Assembly (NCBI GenBank): GCA_963725665.1 | Contig: CAVRZA010000011.1 | Span: 480,001-544,000, forward strand | Reading direction: 5' to 3' | Length of the DNA: 64,000 nt | DNA from: an uncultured Actinomycetes bacterium | Lineage (GTDB): Bacteria; Actinomycetota; Thermoleophilia; UBA2241 | In this document: positions 29,600 through 39,380 of the stretch, piece after piece | Layout of the letters: every line of letters begins with the position of its first letter | How positions within the stretch are numbered: the first letter of the stretch is position 1 | The notes under the pieces: model-generated | Told to the model about the DNA's origin: nothing | Databases searched by the model: none | The model's input: the letters and a program-made list of their open reading frames with translations, nothing else | Made by a program: the position numbers and the translations under genes

Positions 29600-31210
29600 T
29601 CACGCCGGTGTGCGTGCCGCCGTTTCCTCGCTCGGCGAAGGGGTCGAAGAGGGCGCGACGGCTGCCGGCTGTTCCTCCGGCTCCTCGTCGGAGCGCCGCC
29701 CCACCACGTAGGTGAGGGCCATCGACATGGCCATGATCGTCCAGAGGTACGGGTCCTCGAAGAAGGCGGCGTAGAAGAGGCTGTGCACGGTGATCGCCAG
29801 GACGACGGCCATGAACCCCGCTTGCAGGAGGCGCAGGCGACGGTCTTCGTTGAGCGCCGCGGACCGCATGGCCGTGGCGAAGTAGACGGCGAGGAGGGCG
29901 ATGTAGGCGGCGATGCCGACTAGGCCCTCCTCGGCAAGCACCGTCACCGGGGTCGTGTGGTTCTCGCTGAGGGCGGTGCCGGCCCGGCGCAGGCGGTAGT
30001 CGGGGTAGGCGAGCGGGAAGCCGCCGAGGCCCACACCGCCGAGGGGGTAGTCTCTGAACATGCGCCAGCCGGCGTCGATGAGGTAGACGCGCCCCCCGGT
30101 GAGCTTGTTCCAGCCGTACGTGGTGCCGATCAGGGCCTCGAGCCTGCGGTAGTGGCGCGCGCGTTCGAGGGCGTAGAGGCCGCCGGCGACCAGCAGCACC
30201 GTGGCCAGCACGGCAATCGTCCCCCTCTTTCTGCCCAGCCACAGCCACTCGAACAAGATCGCGGCGGCGCCGAGGGCGACCCAGCTCGAGCGCGAGAAAG
30301 TGACGAAGAGGGCGGCGGCGGCGAGGGTGGCCACCGCCAGTAGCGCCGCTCGCCGCCGCCGCTCGAGCGGCAACAGGGCCGAGACCAGCGCGAGCACGAT
30401 CACGGCGACGAGGAACCGTCCGAACATGTTCGGATCCCAAAACAGAGCGTTGACGCGGAAGGAGTGCTCGAGCTGGTACTCGTGCAGGATCGTGGCCCGG
30501 TCGAAGAACACGGTACGCGTGGCGTACTGGATCAGGCCCAGCAGCGCGAGCACGCCGCCCCAGCCGATGATCACGACGACGACCCTCTTCAAGTCGGCCA
30601 GCGAGCGCACGTAGCGGTAGACGAGGTAGTAGACGACGGCGAACGGCAGGAAGAAGGCCAGCATCTCGACCAGCGCGGCGGCGTAGGCGGTCGCGTGGGG
30701 CGCGTACGAGAGGCCGGTCCACATTGCGGTGACGCCCGCCACCGCGGTGACGACGGCGAGAGCGATACGCGCCGGGTCGCGCGCGAACCAGGCGTAGAGG
30801 TGCAGCCGGTCGCGGACGACGACCTCGGCGATGGCCACGCTCAGCGTGAGGATGTAGAGCGGCACGAGCAGGTACGAAGGCGAGCCTCCCGTCGGTACGG
30901 GGATCCGCAGCGGCATGACGATGACCATCGCCGGGATGGAGAGGAGCGGGTAGCGCCAGACGAGCCACGTCACGGCGGCGAGTAGCGCCAGGCCGACGAG
31001 GCCGCCACCGGCGAGAAGCGTGACGTGGCTCGCGAAACCGCCGTGGCTCTTGCTGACGACCGGCAGGGCGGAGGCGACGAGGAGGGCGAACAAGCCCAGC
31101 ATGGCGGCGAACAGCCACGCCCTCCAACGGCGTACGCCGCAGAAGAGCGGCAGGAACGTGGCAAGGAGACCGAGCAGACTGATCTTGGCGAGAAGCAGCG
31201 AGCCCGGCAT
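29600..31210 (-). CDS. O-antigen ligase / Wzy_C family membrane protein
   Basis: Multi-TM; DPN, TFSRSSW, GR..I...GW, PLGGVGLGGF, H..P...LAEEG. Confidence 0.85.
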   Translation of the reverse strand: MPGSLLLAKISLLGLLATFLPLFCGVRRWRAWLFAAMLGLFALLVASALPVVSKSHGGFASHVTLLAGGGLVGLALLAAVTWLVWRYPLLSIPAMVIVMPLRIPVPTGGSPSYLLVPLYILTLSVAIAEVVVRDRLHLYAWFARDPARIALAVVTAVAGVTAMWTGLSYAPHATAYAAALVEMLAFFLPFAVVYYLVYRYVRSLADLKRVVVVIIGWGGVLALLGLIQYATRTVFFDRATILHEYQLEHSFRVNALFWDPNMFGRFLVAVIVLALVSALLPLERRRRAALLAVATLAAAALFVTFSRSSWVALGAAAILFEWLWLGRKRGTIAVLATVLLVAGGLYALERARHYRRLEALIGTTYGWNKLTGGRVYLIDAGWRMFRDYPLGGVGLGGFPLAYPDYRLRRAGTALSENHTTPVTVLAEEGLVGIAAYIALLAVYFATAMRSAALNEDRRLRLLQAGFMAVVLAITVHSLFYAAFFEDPYLWTIMAMSMALTYVVGRRSDEEPEEQPAAVAPSSTPSPSEETAARTPA

Positions 31211-31216
31211 CGACGC

Positions 31217-33205
31217 CTAGCGCGAGGCGGCGGGACTGTCCGGCGAGGCCGATCCGGCGGCGTCTCCGGGTGTGCTGGCTCCGGCAACTTGTGCGACCCC
31301 GGGCATGACCGCGGTGGTGCGCGACAGAGGCGGCGCCGGCGCGACGAGGCCCTGGGCGATCCGGCGGGCCTGGTCGATGGCGCCGCCGCGCAGCGCGCCA
31401 CGCAGGCGGTCCAGCTCGCGCTCGAGCTGGTCGAGGGCCAACGGTGTCCGCATGGCGCGCGTGATCTTGGGGTGGACGGTGACGCCCACCTCCTCGCCGT
31501 CGTTGAACAGCTTCTCGTGCAGCTTCTCGCCGGAGCGCAGACCGACGATCTGGATCTCGATGTCGCGGTCCGGCTCGAAGCCCGAGAGGCGGATCATCTC
31601 GCGCGCGAGATCGACGATGCGCATGGGTTCGCCCATGTCGAGGACGAAGATCTCGCCTCCGCGGCCCAGGGCGCCGGCCTGGAGCACGAGCCGCGCGGCC
31701 TCAGGGATGGTCATGAAGAAGCGCGTCATGCGCTCGTCGGTCACCGTCACCGGTCCCCCGGCGGCGATCTGTCGCTTGAAGATCGGCACGACGCTGCCGC
31801 TGGAGCCGAGCACGTTGCCGAAGCGCACGCTCATGAACTTCGTCTGCCGGTTGCAGCTGGCCACGCTCTCGATGATGCGTTCGCCGAGAGCTTTGGAGAG
31901 TCCCATGACGGTGCTGGCCTCGACGGCCTTGTCCGTGGAGATGTTCACGAAGCGCTGCACCCCGTGCGCCGCCGCGGCACGGGCGAGCGTGTAAGTGGCG
32001 AAGGCGTTGTTCTCGAACGCCTCGACCTGGTTGGCCTCCATCATGGGCACATGCTTGTAGGCAGCCGCGTGAAAGACGATCTGCGGCTCGTGGCGGGCGA
32101 GGATCTCGTCGACCTTGGCGGCGTTCTTGACGTCGGCGATCAACGGAACGCAGTCGGTGATGCGGCGCTCCGTCACGAGCTCGTGGTGGATGGAGAACAG
32201 GCTCTGTTCGGCGTGGTCGAGGAGGAGCAAGAGGCTGGGACTCATGGCCGCGATCTGGCGGCAGAGCTCGCTGCCGATCGATCCGCCGGCGCCGGTGACA
32301 AGAACGCGCTTGCCGTCGAGGTAGGCAGCGAGGCTCTTCAGGTCGACCTCGACCTCGCCGCGCCCGAGGATGTCCTCGACCTGAACGTCGCGCAGCTGCT
32401 CGATGGTGACGGTGCCCTTGATGAGCTCGTAGACGCCGGGCAGCGTCTTGACGGGCACGTTCACCTTCTTGCACTGCAGGACGATGTTCTCGATGGCGGG
32501 GCCCGAGGCGGACGGGATGGCGATGATGACCTCCTCGGCCGCGTACTCGTCGACCAGCTGCGTGAGGTGCTTGGTCGTACCTACCACGCGCACGCCGTGG
32601 ATGCGCAGGTTCTTCTTGCGCACGTCGTCGTCGACGAAGCCCACCGGCCGGAGGCGGAGCTCGCGGCTCTTGAGCATCTCGCGCACGACGACCTCGCCCG
32701 CGTCGCCGGCGCCCACGACGAGGACCTTCTTGCGGTCGCGCGAGAGCTCGCGCCGCCAGGGCCGTTCCCACAGCGCGCGGCTGATGAGCCGCGCTCCGCC
32801 CATGAGCAGGAAGGTGAGCATCCAGTCGAGGAAGATGACACCGCGCGGCACGGAGACGTAGAGGGCGGTCTCGTGCGCAACGGCGGGGGTCTGCGTGTAG
32901 CGTGCCACGATCTCGGCCGCGACGACCGCCAGCGCCGAGGCGATCACCGTCGCCTGCAGCAGGCTCGCCAGGTCGCGAATGCCCGCGTAGCGCCACCACT
33001 TGTTGTAGAGACCGGAGAAGACGAAGGTCGCCATCTTGACCGCGACCACGTACCAGAAGACCGTGGCCAGCAGGTCGGCGTAGCGCGCCGGGATCTCGAA
33101 GTCGAAACGAAGGAGGAAGGCGAGCCAGAACGCCAGCGAGACGAGCGCGGCATCGATGACGATCTGCCAGAGGCGGTGGCGGCTTACGAAGAGGCGTTCT
33201 CTCAC
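31217..33205 (-). CDS. Nucleoside-diphosphate-sugar 4,6-dehydratase (CapD/PglF family)
   Basis: N-terminal TMs; VTGAGGSIGSELCRQ, HAAAYKHVP, STDKAV, RFGNVLGSSGSV, GEKLHE. Confidence 0.93.
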   Translation of the reverse strand: MRERLFVSRHRLWQIVIDAALVSLAFWLAFLLRFDFEIPARYADLLATVFWYVVAVKMATFVFSGLYNKWWRYAGIRDLASLLQATVIASALAVVAAEIVARYTQTPAVAHETALYVSVPRGVIFLDWMLTFLLMGGARLISRALWERPWRRELSRDRKKVLVVGAGDAGEVVVREMLKSRELRLRPVGFVDDDVRKKNLRIHGVRVVGTTKHLTQLVDEYAAEEVIIAIPSASGPAIENIVLQCKKVNVPVKTLPGVYELIKGTVTIEQLRDVQVEDILGRGEVEVDLKSLAAYLDGKRVLVTGAGGSIGSELCRQIAAMSPSLLLLLDHAEQSLFSIHHELVTERRITDCVPLIADVKNAAKVDEILARHEPQIVFHAAAYKHVPMMEANQVEAFENNAFATYTLARAAAAHGVQRFVNISTDKAVEASTVMGLSKALGERIIESVASCNRQTKFMSVRFGNVLGSSGSVVPIFKRQIAAGGPVTVTDERMTRFFMTIPEAARLVLQAGALGRGGEIFVLDMGEPMRIVDLAREMIRLSGFEPDRDIEIQIVGLRSGEKLHEKLFNDGEEVGVTVHPKITRAMRTPLALDQLERELDRLRGALRGGAIDQARRIAQGLVAPAPPLSRTTAVMPGVAQVAGASTPGDAAGSASPDSPAASR

Positions 33206-33275
33206 GCGTGTTCTCCGTGTCGACTGCAGAAGACGGCGGACGGCAACGTCGCCCGCCGGCGACACGCTCGCGCCA

Positions 33276-34325
33276 TCATAGCACCCGTCCGAGGCGCACG
33301 TGACGCGCGCGCAGACGCGCGACCCGCAGGATCTCATCGACGAAGAGCTGCGGGTCGCGCGTCTGCGCGGCCGCCGTGCGCCTGTCCTTCTTCGTCAGCA
33401 GCACGTCGCCGGCCGACGACGCCCGTCGCAGCCGCCCCTCGGCGATCAGGCGCTCGTCGACGGCGCCCAGGCGGCCGGCGAACATCGTGTAGGCGGGCGT
33501 GCCGAGGGCGACCGCTTCGCGGTTCATCGTCCCGCCCGCCCCGATCACGAAGTCGGCCGCCGCGATGAGGCTGAGGCCGTCGACCGCCGTCGCCGGCACA
33601 ATCACGGTCTTGTGCCCCAGAGACGAGTAGTGGGTCCGCTGCTCGTCGGTCCTGGGGATGACCACGAGCGTCACGTTGCGCCGCGCCGCGAGCTCGCCGA
33701 CGAGCCGGTCGAAGAGTGGGTTGTCGTGGCGGTGGTAGAGCGTCACCTCGGGAGCGGTGCGCAAGACGCCGACGATGCGTCGTTTGTCGGTGATTCCGAG
33801 CTGCTCGAGGATCGTCGGGTCGGGGGCGAAGTCGTGGAGGTAGTACTCCTCCTTGAGCCCCGGGTAGCGGAACACCTTGTCGGGCCGGGCGCCGTACGGG
33901 GTCAGGCGGGCGAAGGGGATCGCCTCCGGCACGACGATCTCGTCCACGAGACGCACGTTCAGGTGGTGCGACACTGCCGCGTACTCGTAGTCGAACATCG
34001 TGAGCTGGGGGATGCCCAGCGCCCATGCGGCGAGGGCCAGGTCGTTGGAGTTGTGGCCCACGGCGACGTCGTAGCTGGCGCCACGGGCCTGCGCGATCAG
34101 GTGGGCGGTGCGGCTGGCGAGGCCCGCCGCCTTGGCGGGGATGCTCCTGCCTGCGTGCTGCCCCGTGATCACAGCTAGGATCCCGTAGCGTCTGAGGAGC
34201 TGCTCGGTCTGGGCGTAGCGCCGCGCCGTGACGGTCACGGTGTGACCCTGGTCCTCGAGACGCCTGATGATGGGCGCGAAGAAGAGGACGTGGGGCGAGT
34301 TCGTGATGTCGACCCAGACCTTCAC
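33276..34325 (-). CDS. DUF354 family protein (GT-B-like fold)
   Basis: VWVDITNSPHVLFF, YPGLKE, GAGGTMNREA. Confidence 0.85.
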   Translation of the reverse strand: MKVWVDITNSPHVLFFAPIIRRLEDQGHTVTVTARRYAQTEQLLRRYGILAVITGQHAGRSIPAKAAGLASRTAHLIAQARGASYDVAVGHNSNDLALAAWALGIPQLTMFDYEYAAVSHHLNVRLVDEIVVPEAIPFARLTPYGARPDKVFRYPGLKEEYYLHDFAPDPTILEQLGITDKRRIVGVLRTAPEVTLYHRHDNPLFDRLVGELAARRNVTLVVIPRTDEQRTHYSSLGHKTVIVPATAVDGLSLIAAADFVIGAGGTMNREAVALGTPAYTMFAGRLGAVDERLIAEGRLRRASSAGDVLLTKKDRRTAAAQTRDPQLFVDEILRVARLRARHVRLGRVL

Positions 34326-34497
34326 GGTCCCTTCTTCTCGTGCCTCCTGCCGGCTCCTGCGCATCCGCGTCGCCCGTCTCGCCGACGCTCCGTCGCCTGC
34401 CGAGTGTCTGAGAAGGCGATCGGTCGTGTCCCTCGTCGGGTGAGCGCCCGTGCCAGTGAGCGCCTCTCCGTTGGAACCTCCGGCTCGACCGGAGCTT

Positions 34498-35595
34498 CTA
34501 CGAGAGCCCTTCCGCTACGGCGGCGCAGACCTCCCGCACCTGTCCCTCGGTCAGGTTGGGATGCATCGGGAGGGCCAGGTTCTCCGCCGCCGCCAGCTCG
34601 GTGGCGAGGAAGTCGCCGGCCGAGTAGCCGAGATATGCAAGCGCCGGCTGCAGGTGCAGCGGTGTGGTGTAGTAGGCGGCGCAGCCGATCTCGCGCGCCT
34701 TGAGCGCGGCGGCCACTTCGTCGCGCCGCGGCGAGCGGACCACGTACAGGTGGTAGACGTGGGTGAGGCCGTCGGGTACCGGCGGACGCTCCACTTCGGG
34801 GGGCAGGTACAGGTCGTACCACTCGGCCGCCTGCGTGCGGCGCCCGTTCCAGTCGTCGACCCGCGCCAGCTCGACGCGCAGCACGGCCGCCTGGATCTCG
34901 TCGAGGCGCGAGTTGTAGCCGATGTGCTCGAAGTCCTTCTTGTCGCGGCTGCCGTGGAAGCGCAGCACGCGCGCCTTCTCGAGGACCGCCACGTCGTGCC
35001 CCGTCACGAGGCCGCCGTCGCCGTAACCGCCGAGGTTCTTCGTGGGGAAGAAGCTGAACACGGCCAGGTCGCCGAGGCTGCCTGAGCGGCGTCCCTTGTA
35101 GGTCGCGCCCCAAGCCTGGCAGGCGTCCTCGACGACGAAGAGGCCGTGGGAGGCGGCGATCCCGGCGATGGCGTCCGCGTCGGCTGGCAGACCGAAGAGG
35201 TCGACCGGCACGATGGCCTTCGTCTTCGCCGAGATCGCCGCCTCGACCTTGGCCGGATCGATGTTCAGCGTGTCGCGGTCGATGTCGACGAACACGGGGC
35301 GGGCTCCCGCCTGGACGATAGCCTCGGCCGTGGCATAGAAGGTGAACGAGGTGGTGATGACCTCGTCGCCCTCGCCGATGCCGGCCGCGCGTAGGGCGAT
35401 GGTCAGGCCGTCGGTGCCGTTGGCGACGCCGACGGCACCGGCGGTGCCGAGGTACGCGGCCGCCTCCTCCTCGAAGGCCGTGACGTTGGGGCCCAGGATG
35501 TAGCGCCCTCCGCGCAGCACATCGAGCACGGCCCGCTCGACCCGCTCGCCGACCTCGGCGTACTGCCCCTTGATGTCCATCAAACCGATCGCCAC
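34498..35595 (-). CDS. DegT/DnrJ/EryC1/StrS sugar aminotransferase
   Basis: ANGTDGL, EDACQA, FSFFPTKNLG, GYNSRLDEIQAA. Confidence 0.93.
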   Translation of the reverse strand: MAIGLMDIKGQYAEVGERVERAVLDVLRGGRYILGPNVTAFEEEAAAYLGTAGAVGVANGTDGLTIALRAAGIGEGDEVITTSFTFYATAEAIVQAGARPVFVDIDRDTLNIDPAKVEAAISAKTKAIVPVDLFGLPADADAIAGIAASHGLFVVEDACQAWGATYKGRRSGSLGDLAVFSFFPTKNLGGYGDGGLVTGHDVAVLEKARVLRFHGSRDKKDFEHIGYNSRLDEIQAAVLRVELARVDDWNGRRTQAAEWYDLYLPPEVERPPVPDGLTHVYHLYVVRSPRRDEVAAALKAREIGCAAYYTTPLHLQPALAYLGYSAGDFLATELAAAENLALPMHPNLTEGQVREVCAAVAEGLS

Positions 35596-35816
35596 GTCCT
35601 CACCCTTCCTGCACGACAGCGCGCCGGCGCCGGCGCAGATCGCCGGCCTCGGCGCGCGACTCGGGGCCAAACCGGGAGAACCTACCACAGCCGCGCCGGC
35701 GAGGCTACAGCCCTCGGGGAGCGATGCTGGCGGTTTGCGAGCAGCGCCGGAGTCCGCCGGCCGACGTCACGAGCCAGCACGCTTTCGACTGCGAGCTCTT
35801 GGGGTAGGCTACACGC

Positions 35817-36455
35817 GTGAGCTCCCTCGTCGACACGCTGGTGCAGTTCTGCACGCACGTCATCAGTACGTTCGGTCTGCCCGGCGTCTTCGCGCTCATG
35901 GTGCTTGAAAGTGCCTGCATACCCGTGCCCAGCGAGGCCATCATGCTCTTCGCCGGCTTCTCCGTGAGCGAGCAGCAGATGGCCTTCTGGGGGGCAGTGA
36001 CCGCGGGCGTCGCCGGCAACGTGGTCGGCTCCTGGATCGCCTACGCTGTCGGCTACTACGGAGGCCGGCCGTTCGTCGACCATTGGGGGCGGTACGTCCT
36101 TCTCGATCCCCGCAAGGTCGACCTGGCGCATCGCTGGTTCGAGCGCTACGGCGCCATCGCCGTCTTCTTCAGCCGCATGCTGCCCATCGTGCGCACCTTC
36201 ATCTCGCTCCCTGCGGGGTTCGCGCGCATGCCGTTCTGGCGCTTCACGCTTTACACCGTTCTCGGCTGCGTGCCCTGGGTGATCATGCTCACATTCGTCG
36301 GCACCAAGGTGGGCGCGAACTGGGAGAAGATCCAGAGACAGCTCCACTACCTCGACTACGCGGTCGTGGCTGCCCTTGTAGCACTCGTCGTGTGGGCTGT
36401 CTTGCGGCGGCGTCGCGCGGCCTCCGCGCGGCTCGCCGGAAGCGACCCCGAGTAG
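35817..36455 (+). CDS. DedA family membrane protein
   Basis: LESACIPVPSE, FERYG, RMLPIVRTFISLPAG. Confidence 0.92.
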   Translation: MSSLVDTLVQFCTHVISTFGLPGVFALMVLESACIPVPSEAIMLFAGFSVSEQQMAFWGAVTAGVAGNVVGSWIAYAVGYYGGRPFVDHWGRYVLLDPRKVDLAHRWFERYGAIAVFFSRMLPIVRTFISLPAGFARMPFWRFTLYTVLGCVPWVIMLTFVGTKVGANWEKIQRQLHYLDYAVVAALVALVVWAVLRRRRAASARLAGSDPE

Positions 36456-36473
36456 CCTGAGAGGATCCTGCCG

Positions 36474-36896
36474 ATGACGACCGGCTTCGCGCTCATCGAG
36501 CACACCGCCGATGTCGGCGTGCGCGCCTGGGGAAGCAGTGAAGGGGCCGTCTTCGAAGAAGCGGCCAAGGGGATGTTCTCGCTCGTCTGCGATCCTCAGA
36601 CGGTCGCCTCCGAGGAGACGCTCTCGGTGAAGGTTGAGGCTCCGTCGGCCGACCACGAGCTGCTGCTGGTCGCCTGGCTGAACGAGCTGCTCTATCTCTT
36701 CGAGGTGCGGCGGATCCTCTTCTCCGAGTTCAGGGTGCTCGAGCTGGGGGAGAGCACGCTGAAGGCGGAGGTCGCCGGCGAGGCGTTGGGGTCGCAGCAC
36801 GCCGTGTGCGGCGGGGTGAAGGCCGCGACCTACCACGGCCTCAAGCTGGCGCGCACGGACGACGGCTGGGAGGCCGAGGTCATCCTCGACGTGTGA
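36474..36896 (+). CDS. Archease
   Basis: EHTADV, WLNELLY, VKAATYHGL, terminal LDV. Confidence 0.95.
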   Translation: MTTGFALIEHTADVGVRAWGSSEGAVFEEAAKGMFSLVCDPQTVASEETLSVKVEAPSADHELLLVAWLNELLYLFEVRRILFSEFRVLELGESTLKAEVAGEALGSQHAVCGGVKAATYHGLKLARTDDGWEAEVILDV

Positions 36897-36980
36897 GGCC
36901 CGGGACCCGGCCCATTCCGCGAACTGTCGCCCCCTGCCCCCTTTGTGCGCTTGCTCGCTGCGCCCCGCAGGCGACGGCTC

Positions 36981-37040
36981 TTGCATCCGCACTCAACGCG
37001 GTGTAGCATTCCCGTACTTTGTACGGCTTACTTTGTACGG
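36981..37040 (+). promoter_or_regulatory. Promoter and tandem TetR-type operator
   Basis: TTGCAT-17-TAGCAT; CCGTAC-ttt-GTACGG at 37012-37026 and a second TACTTTGTACGG copy ending at 37040. Confidence 0.65.
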
Positions 37041-37056
37041 GAGAGGGTGCACGCCG

Positions 37057-37719
37057 GTGAATCACACTGGGGAAGCCCAGCGCCGACCGCTGTCCCGAGA
37101 TCGCATCGTCCGGGCCGCGCTCGACATCGTGGATCGGGAGGGGCTCGTCGCGCTCAACATGCGGCGGCTCGCCGACGACGCCGGCGTGCGACCCATGACG
37201 CTCTACCACCACTTCCCCAACAAGGGAGCGATCCTCGATGCCGTCGGTGAGTCGATCGCCGCCGGCGCCCTGTCGCGAGGCCGAGCCGAGGCGGGTGCGT
37301 GGCGGGACCGCGTGCGCGCCCTGTTCGCCGGGCTGCACGAGCTCATCCGGTCCCACCCGCGCGCCCTGCCGTTGATCTCGACGGCCGTCCTGCGCACCCC
37401 CAGCGGGAGGCGATGGATGGAGGAGCTGATGCGCGTGCTTCTCGAGGCGGGGTTCACTGCCGACGAGGCCTCACGCGCCTATCACCTGCTCGGCGGCTAC
37501 ACGTTGGGCCTGGGCTATGCCCGTATGCTCAGTCTCGAGGTGTCGCCCCAGGCCATTGCCGGCGAGCTGGTCGGTCACTGGCCGGACTACCCGAGCATGA
37601 TGCGGGTGGGGATGCGTTTGGCGATCTGGGACCGCCCGGGGGAGTACGAGCACGGGTTCGAGGCGCTGCTGGCGGCGCTGGCGCCGGAGGCGCCCACGCC
37701 GCCAGCAGCGCCCGTCTGA
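37057..37719 (+). CDS. TetR family regulator with TetR_C-type C-terminal domain
   Basis: LSRDRIVRAAL...MRRLA...TLYHHFPNK. Confidence 0.9.
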   Translation: MNHTGEAQRRPLSRDRIVRAALDIVDREGLVALNMRRLADDAGVRPMTLYHHFPNKGAILDAVGESIAAGALSRGRAEAGAWRDRVRALFAGLHELIRSHPRALPLISTAVLRTPSGRRWMEELMRVLLEAGFTADEASRAYHLLGGYTLGLGYARMLSLEVSPQAIAGELVGHWPDYPSMMRVGMRLAIWDRPGEYEHGFEALLAALAPEAPTPPAAPV

Positions 37720-37757
37720 GTCGTCGGCGGAAGGCGAGCGAGAGCGGGGGTGCGCTG

Positions 37758-39206
37758 ATGAAGGTCAAGATGATCTCCCCCGCGAAGACGGCGCCCGACA
37801 GCGCCTTCTGGCGCTCGATCAAGTACTCGCTGTTCCCTCCTCTCGGACTGGTGACCCTCGCCGGCTATCTGCGCGACGACGATGAGGTCACCGTTCAGGA
37901 CGAGCACGTCGAACGCCTCGATCTCGACGACGAGCCCGAGCTCGTCGTCATCGAGGCTTACATCACCTCGGCCCGGCGAGCCTACCGGTACGCCGACCAC
38001 TATCGCCGACGGGGGGCCTACGTCTGCCTCGGGGGTCTGCACGCAACGAGCCTGCCGGCTGAGGCCGCTCAGCACGCCGACACCATCTTCCTGGGACCTG
38101 GGGAGGACACGTGGCCGGCCTTCCTGGCCGACTACCGGGCGAGACGACCGGAGCGCATCTACAAGTCCTGGCACCGTACCCTCGAGGGGGCTCCCCGGCC
38201 GCGCCGCGATCTAGTGAAGCGGCGCCTCTACCTGGTCCCGAACTCGCTCGTGGTCTCGCGCGGCTGCCCCCACATCTGCGACTTCTGCTACAAGGAAGCC
38301 TTCTTCAGGGGCGGCCGCTCGTTCTACACCCAACCGGTCGAGGACGCTCTGGCCGAGATCGACCGTCTCGTCGGCCGCCATCTCTACTTCCTCGACGACA
38401 ACCTCTTCGGCGACCCGCGCTTCGCGGAGTCTCTCTTCGAGGGCATGCGCGGCATGGGGCGGGTCTGGCAAGCGGCCGGCACGGTGCAGGCTGTATTGCG
38501 GCCGGGGTTGCTCGAGAAGGCCGTCGCGTGCGGCTTGCGCAGCCTCTTCATCGGCTTCGAGACACTCAGCCCAGAGAACCTGCGCGCGCAGCGCAAGCTC
38601 CAGAATCTGCGCGGCGGTCGCGAGGGCGCAGGCGGCGGATCGCCGCCCTACGAGGCGGCGATCCGCCGCCTGCACGACCTCGGAGTGATGGTGAACGGGG
38701 CGTTCGTCTTCGGCATGGACGAGGACGACGAGACGGTGTTCGAGCGCACCGTGGAGTGGGCCGTGCAGCAGGGCATCGAGACGGCCACCTTCCACATCCT
38801 GACGCCTTACCCCGGCACCGCGTTGCACGAGCGTCTGTCGGCGGAGGGGCGCATCGTCAGCGGCGACTGGGATCGGTACGACACCCGCCACGTCGTCTTT
38901 CGCCCCCGTCGCATGTCGGCCGAGGCCCTCGAGGCCGGCTACCATCGTGCCTACCGCGACTTCTACAGCTGGCGGTCGATCGCCAGGGGGGCCTGGAAGC
39001 GTGACCGCGCCGGCGAGAAGCTACGCCACTTCGCCTACACGACGGGCTGGAAGAAGCTCGAACCGCTGTGGGACTTCGCCGTCCGCAGCGGTCAGGTCTC
39101 GCGCTTCTTGCCCCTGCTGGAGATGGTGCTCAACGGGCCCGCCGAGCCGGACGCGCAGCGGCCGCAGCCCTCGACCTCGTCGCTGTCCGCCAGAGGGGTG
39201 GGCTGA
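37758..39206 (+). CDS. B12-binding-domain radical SAM protein
   Basis: PPLGL, GGLHAT, SRGCPHICDFC, DDN, GFE, TPYPGT. Confidence 0.9.
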   Translation: MKVKMISPAKTAPDSAFWRSIKYSLFPPLGLVTLAGYLRDDDEVTVQDEHVERLDLDDEPELVVIEAYITSARRAYRYADHYRRRGAYVCLGGLHATSLPAEAAQHADTIFLGPGEDTWPAFLADYRARRPERIYKSWHRTLEGAPRPRRDLVKRRLYLVPNSLVVSRGCPHICDFCYKEAFFRGGRSFYTQPVEDALAEIDRLVGRHLYFLDDNLFGDPRFAESLFEGMRGMGRVWQAAGTVQAVLRPGLLEKAVACGLRSLFIGFETLSPENLRAQRKLQNLRGGREGAGGGSPPYEAAIRRLHDLGVMVNGAFVFGMDEDDETVFERTVEWAVQQGIETATFHILTPYPGTALHERLSAEGRIVSGDWDRYDTRHVVFRPRRMSAEALEAGYHRAYRDFYSWRSIARGAWKRDRAGEKLRHFAYTTGWKKLEPLWDFAVRSGQVSRFLPLLEMVLNGPAEPDAQRPQPSTSSLSARGVG

Positions 39207-39380
39207 GCGGCTTTGCTTCCGCCCCTCTTTCGTCGCTGCGTCCCAGAACGCGAGCGACGTGTAAAGTCATCGCCAGCGGGTATGCCCTTCAAGAAAGCGC
39301 CGCTTGCCCGGGTGCATGCCCTAGGCGAGGGCGGAGCAGGGCGGTGGCAGGATCGTCCGCCGCATCAAGGGGAGGGCACG

